Positions 59,077 through 61,683 of a stretch of 61,683 nucleotides of DNA are shown here, one piece after another. This DNA is from a virus, in IMG/VR virus record IMGVR_UViG_3300045988_126295, positions 1-61,683 of that record; one strand, given 5' to 3'. The notes below the pieces were generated by a model. That model saw only the letters and a program-made list of their open reading frames with translations, ran no database searches and had not been told where the DNA came from. Each line of letters opens with the position of its first letter. Position 1 is the first letter of the stretch. Made by a program: the position numbers and the translations under genes.

Positions 59077-59600
59077 TACAAGCCGAATTTTCTGAAATAA
59101 TCTTCAATACCTTGTTTTAGGCATCTTCTAAAAAATGTTTTCCGGGCATAGGAACCGACACGATAAATTGCCTGACCGTATTTCTTTTCTATATCGCTGC
59201 TGAAACTGACACCCTCACTTCCTATTTTTAACCCCTTGTCTGTCGGAGTAGCCGTAATTGAATCGTGAAACTCACCTGTAATTATAAGGTTAGGTGTTCC
59301 CTTTGAACTAACAGGAGCGTTTATCAAAGAAGAATACAATAGAGGAGCAATCCTATTTTTAAACGCGGCGTATCCCTTAGCGTTTTTATACCAATATCCG
59401 GCCTCTTTAGTATTAAAATATGGATCATTGAAGTAGGTAGGACGTAATGGTTTGTCGTTTCCGTTAATACCTGACCATAACTGCTCTACGATATATTGTG
59501 AAACCTCCTCCCTATTTTCTACCATTACACCCCGTATCATAGGTTCGAACCCCTCAACGAACTGTTTTACGGCTTTTTCCGCATCAATTATATTAGCCAT
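59076..59600 (-). CDS. Head-tail/neck region structural protein
   Basis: 174 aa from the ATG at 59600. Function is assigned by position only. Confidence 0.4.
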   Translation of the reverse strand: MANIIDAEKAVKQFVEGFEPMIRGVMVENREEVSQYIVEQLWSGINGNDKPLRPTYFNDPYFNTKEAGYWYKNAKGYAAFKNRIAPLLYSSLINAPVSSKGTPNLIITGEFHDSITATPTDKGLKIGSEGVSFSSDIEKKYGQAIYRVGSYARKTFFRRCLKQGIEDYFRKFGL

Positions 59601-59659
59601 AACAAATACAATTAAGGGGTGAACAAAATGAACACCCCTAATTAATATACACAACACAG

Positions 59660-59851
59660 TTACATATCACCGTCTTTCTTCTGCCTTTGAGCACCGGAAG
59701 AGGCTATATCCTCGTAAATGGAAGAAAGCACCTTTTCGCGCTCCTCTATCGGACGGTCAAGAAAAAACACATCCTTATGAGAGTTTATGAAGTCCCTCTT
59801 CTTCATGTTTCTTACTCTCTCATCGTTGAATGTAATTCCTTCTACTTTCAT
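59660..59851 (-). CDS. Hypothetical small protein
   Basis: 63 aa from the ATG at 59851 (ATGA overlap with the upstream gene). Confidence 0.5.
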   Translation of the reverse strand: MKVEGITFNDERVRNMKKRDFINSHKDVFFLDRPIEEREKVLSSIYEDIASSGAQRQKKDGDM

Positions 59852-60681
59852 CCCCAAGCCTCTATGCCTGTGATTCCGGCTCCTTGCAACACAGAGGGGG
59901 AAGCAAGTGTCGGTTCTTCCTCGCCTACGGTAATAACACCGTTTGCGTAGGATACACTTGTTGCACCGGGTAATGCAGTAGTCGCATTTTCTTGAAGCAA
60001 CGCTCCGTAGTATGGGGTTATATCAAGTCTTCCGAAGTGCTCAACAAGCTTGTATTTCTTTGATTCTGTTGAAACCAGCTCAACATAAACAAGCCCTTTC
60101 AGCGCTCCGACAACGTCAAAGTCACACGCCTTTACGCCAGCGTTCTTGATATACTTCTCGTAATCCTTGAACATCGTTGCAATAGTGAGGTTGGCTTCTG
60201 TGCCGGAAGAATCCCAGTCCTGACCGCCCGGATATACGCCGGACAGTTCGATTCCGGCCAGTTCTTCCGTACCGTCGTTCATGCCGTATATCACGTTGTT
60301 CTCGTCCACAAAATATGCATCAAACGCTGTATTCTTTGCAGCCATAAGATTAGCCTTGAGGCTTGCATCGTAATTTTCAAGCGTCCATACATCGTTTTTG
60401 GGCGAGTATCCTGTGATTTTTGTAGGTCCATAACCTGTCGCTGAGGTTTGCGCTTCCCCGCCTGATGGAGCGTATTCCACAATCGTTTTAATCGGAAATA
60501 TTCTTCCCGGTCTGTCTGCATGACAGGCCGCTTCCAAAGCGTCCGCTGTCAGAGTTTTGGGCAACTTATACCCATGCATTACCAATATGATAGCTTTTAC
60601 CTTGCCGGGGTCTAACACGCATACGGAATTTCCCGTATTAAAGGTTGCAACCCCCGGACATTGTCTATAATCTGTTGCCAT
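59848..60681 (-). CDS. Putative major tail protein
   Basis: 277 aa. Position after the connector-type genes. Assigned by position and size only. Confidence 0.35.
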   Translation of the reverse strand: MATDYRQCPGVATFNTGNSVCVLDPGKVKAIILVMHGYKLPKTLTADALEAACHADRPGRIFPIKTIVEYAPSGGEAQTSATGYGPTKITGYSPKNDVWTLENYDASLKANLMAAKNTAFDAYFVDENNVIYGMNDGTEELAGIELSGVYPGGQDWDSSGTEANLTIATMFKDYEKYIKNAGVKACDFDVVGALKGLVYVELVSTESKKYKLVEHFGRLDITPYYGALLQENATTALPGATSVSYANGVITVGEEEPTLASPSVLQGAGITGIEAWG

Positions 60682-61186
60682 AGCATTTTATTTTTTTTAC
60701 CGTTAAACTTAAATTAGTTATTTCAATAGCATCAATCTTTTCTTCAATCTCCTTTCCGTCAGCGTCAAAAGCACCTCTTCGACCGAATACAAGATTTTCC
60801 GAATAAGAATGAGCCACATGCCCCGAATATCCAAAATCAAACCTTTTTTCAGCACCCACTTCCTTGATTAGAGCATCATACAACGGTCTTAACAAACCTT
60901 TGAAAGATACTTCTATACGCTGCTCATTGGTGTAATCCTTGAGCGTGTTTACTGCTATGATTATATTGACATCAGCCTTGCAATACACCTTGCTATCTGT
61001 CTTATCCTCTACGAACGGAGTATAAAGCCCGATTAAAGGAAAGCGTTTTGTAGCGGTCTGTGGTATCTTCTTTTGCGTCAAGATGGCCTCCCTTATATAT
61101 GTACTGTCGCCGAATATATAATTCACGTCATACCCAACTTCGGAAGACACTCTTTTGCATATATCGCTGAAAATCTCTACTATCAT
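60665..61186 (-). CDS. Head-tail joining / tail terminator region protein
   Basis: 173 aa. ATGA-coupled to the upstream gene. Function is assigned by position only. Confidence 0.4.
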   Translation of the reverse strand: MIVEIFSDICKRVSSEVGYDVNYIFGDSTYIREAILTQKKIPQTATKRFPLIGLYTPFVEDKTDSKVYCKADVNIIIAVNTLKDYTNEQRIEVSFKGLLRPLYDALIKEVGAEKRFDFGYSGHVAHSYSENLVFGRRGAFDADGKEIEEKIDAIEITNLSLTVKKIKCYGNRL

Positions 61187-61683
61187 AGATTGAATGTGTT
61201 TACATGTCTCAATAATGATTTATCGAACGTCCATCCCTCTATATGTTGCGTATCAAGCCATTTATAAAGGTCTGCGTTCATTCTAACCATGCTATTCCAT
61301 GCAGAAACCATTTTCCCCATAGGAGATACAAGATCACCGACATCGCTGTCTTTCTTTACACCGTTGACGGTTACATCGCATTGATGGTTTCTTGCGTAGA
61401 AAAAGTATATGTAATTGGCAATAGGAGAGATTTTCATCCCTCCCATAGTGCCAACCAGCATGCTCTTTAAATCATCCCACAGTTTTACAGGTTCTTTCTC
61501 TTCTGACTGGAGATATTCGGAAAATTGTTCATATACTTCTTTACCAAGAACCTTTATCAGGTATTCCGTCTCATAATAGGATATATAGTTGTTCACATCT
61601 CCTGTTATAGCAGATGTTGTCAATGACGGAGCAACATCCGGAGAAATTATTCCGCTAATAAATAGCGGCCCTTGAAAAAAAGC
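61183..61683 (-). CDS. Head-tail connector region protein; the CDS runs off the window end and starts at ATG 114 after wrap
   Basis: The track ORF starts at TTG 61623, but the frame is open to the window end and on to ATG 114..112 (171 aa in total). Confidence 0.55.
   Translation of the reverse strand, partial: AFFQGPLFISGIISPDVAPSLTTSAITGDVNNYISYYETEYLIKVLGKEVYEQFSEYLQSEEKEPVKLWDDLKSMLVGTMGGMKISPIANYIYFFYARNHQCDVTVNGVKKDSDVGDLVSPMGKMVSAWNSMVRMNADLYKWLDTQHIEGWTFDKSLLRHVNTFNL
61585..61683. repeat. Terminal direct repeat copy 2
   Basis: Identical to 1..99. Confidence 0.9.

Overview
The window is one complete temperate siphovirus-like phage genome. The first 99 nt repeat exactly as the last 99 nt, so the unique unit is 61,584 bp and circular or circularly permuted. 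The host is probably a Bacteroidota bacterium. This rests on many intergenic TAnnTTTG (-7) boxes, some with TTTG at -33, a Bacteroides-type tyrosine integrase, and an attP that copies the 3' part of tRNA-Gly(UCC). Recognisable modules: (1) head genes on the minus strand (terS, terL, portal, prohead protease, capsid), continuing across the window junction into head-tail genes; (2) integrase and attP; (3) an early region with RNase H, Dam-type methylase, annealing protein plus YqaJ exonuclease plus SSB-like protein, RusA, and two NTP-pyrophosphatase-like genes; (4) four antirepressor-type genes; (5) three homing-endonuclease-like genes; (6) hicAB; (7) holin, M15 endolysin and a u-spanin-like gene; (8) tail fibre and receptor-binding genes on the minus strand, facing a tape-measure operon on the plus strand; (9) a very AT-rich accessory island. 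The most unusual content is non-coding. There is an ORF-free, helix-rich locus of about 0.55 kb that begins with a tRNA-like module lacking a normal anticodon loop (13.9-14.4 kb). Promoter / short leader / intrinsic terminator cassettes recur in front of early, antirepressor and head genes. Small-RNA-like units lie at 28.8-29.2 kb and 38.97-39.23 kb. All functions come from reading the translated ORFs and from remembered family signatures; no searches were run. Hand-located non-coding coordinates may be off by 1-2 nt.
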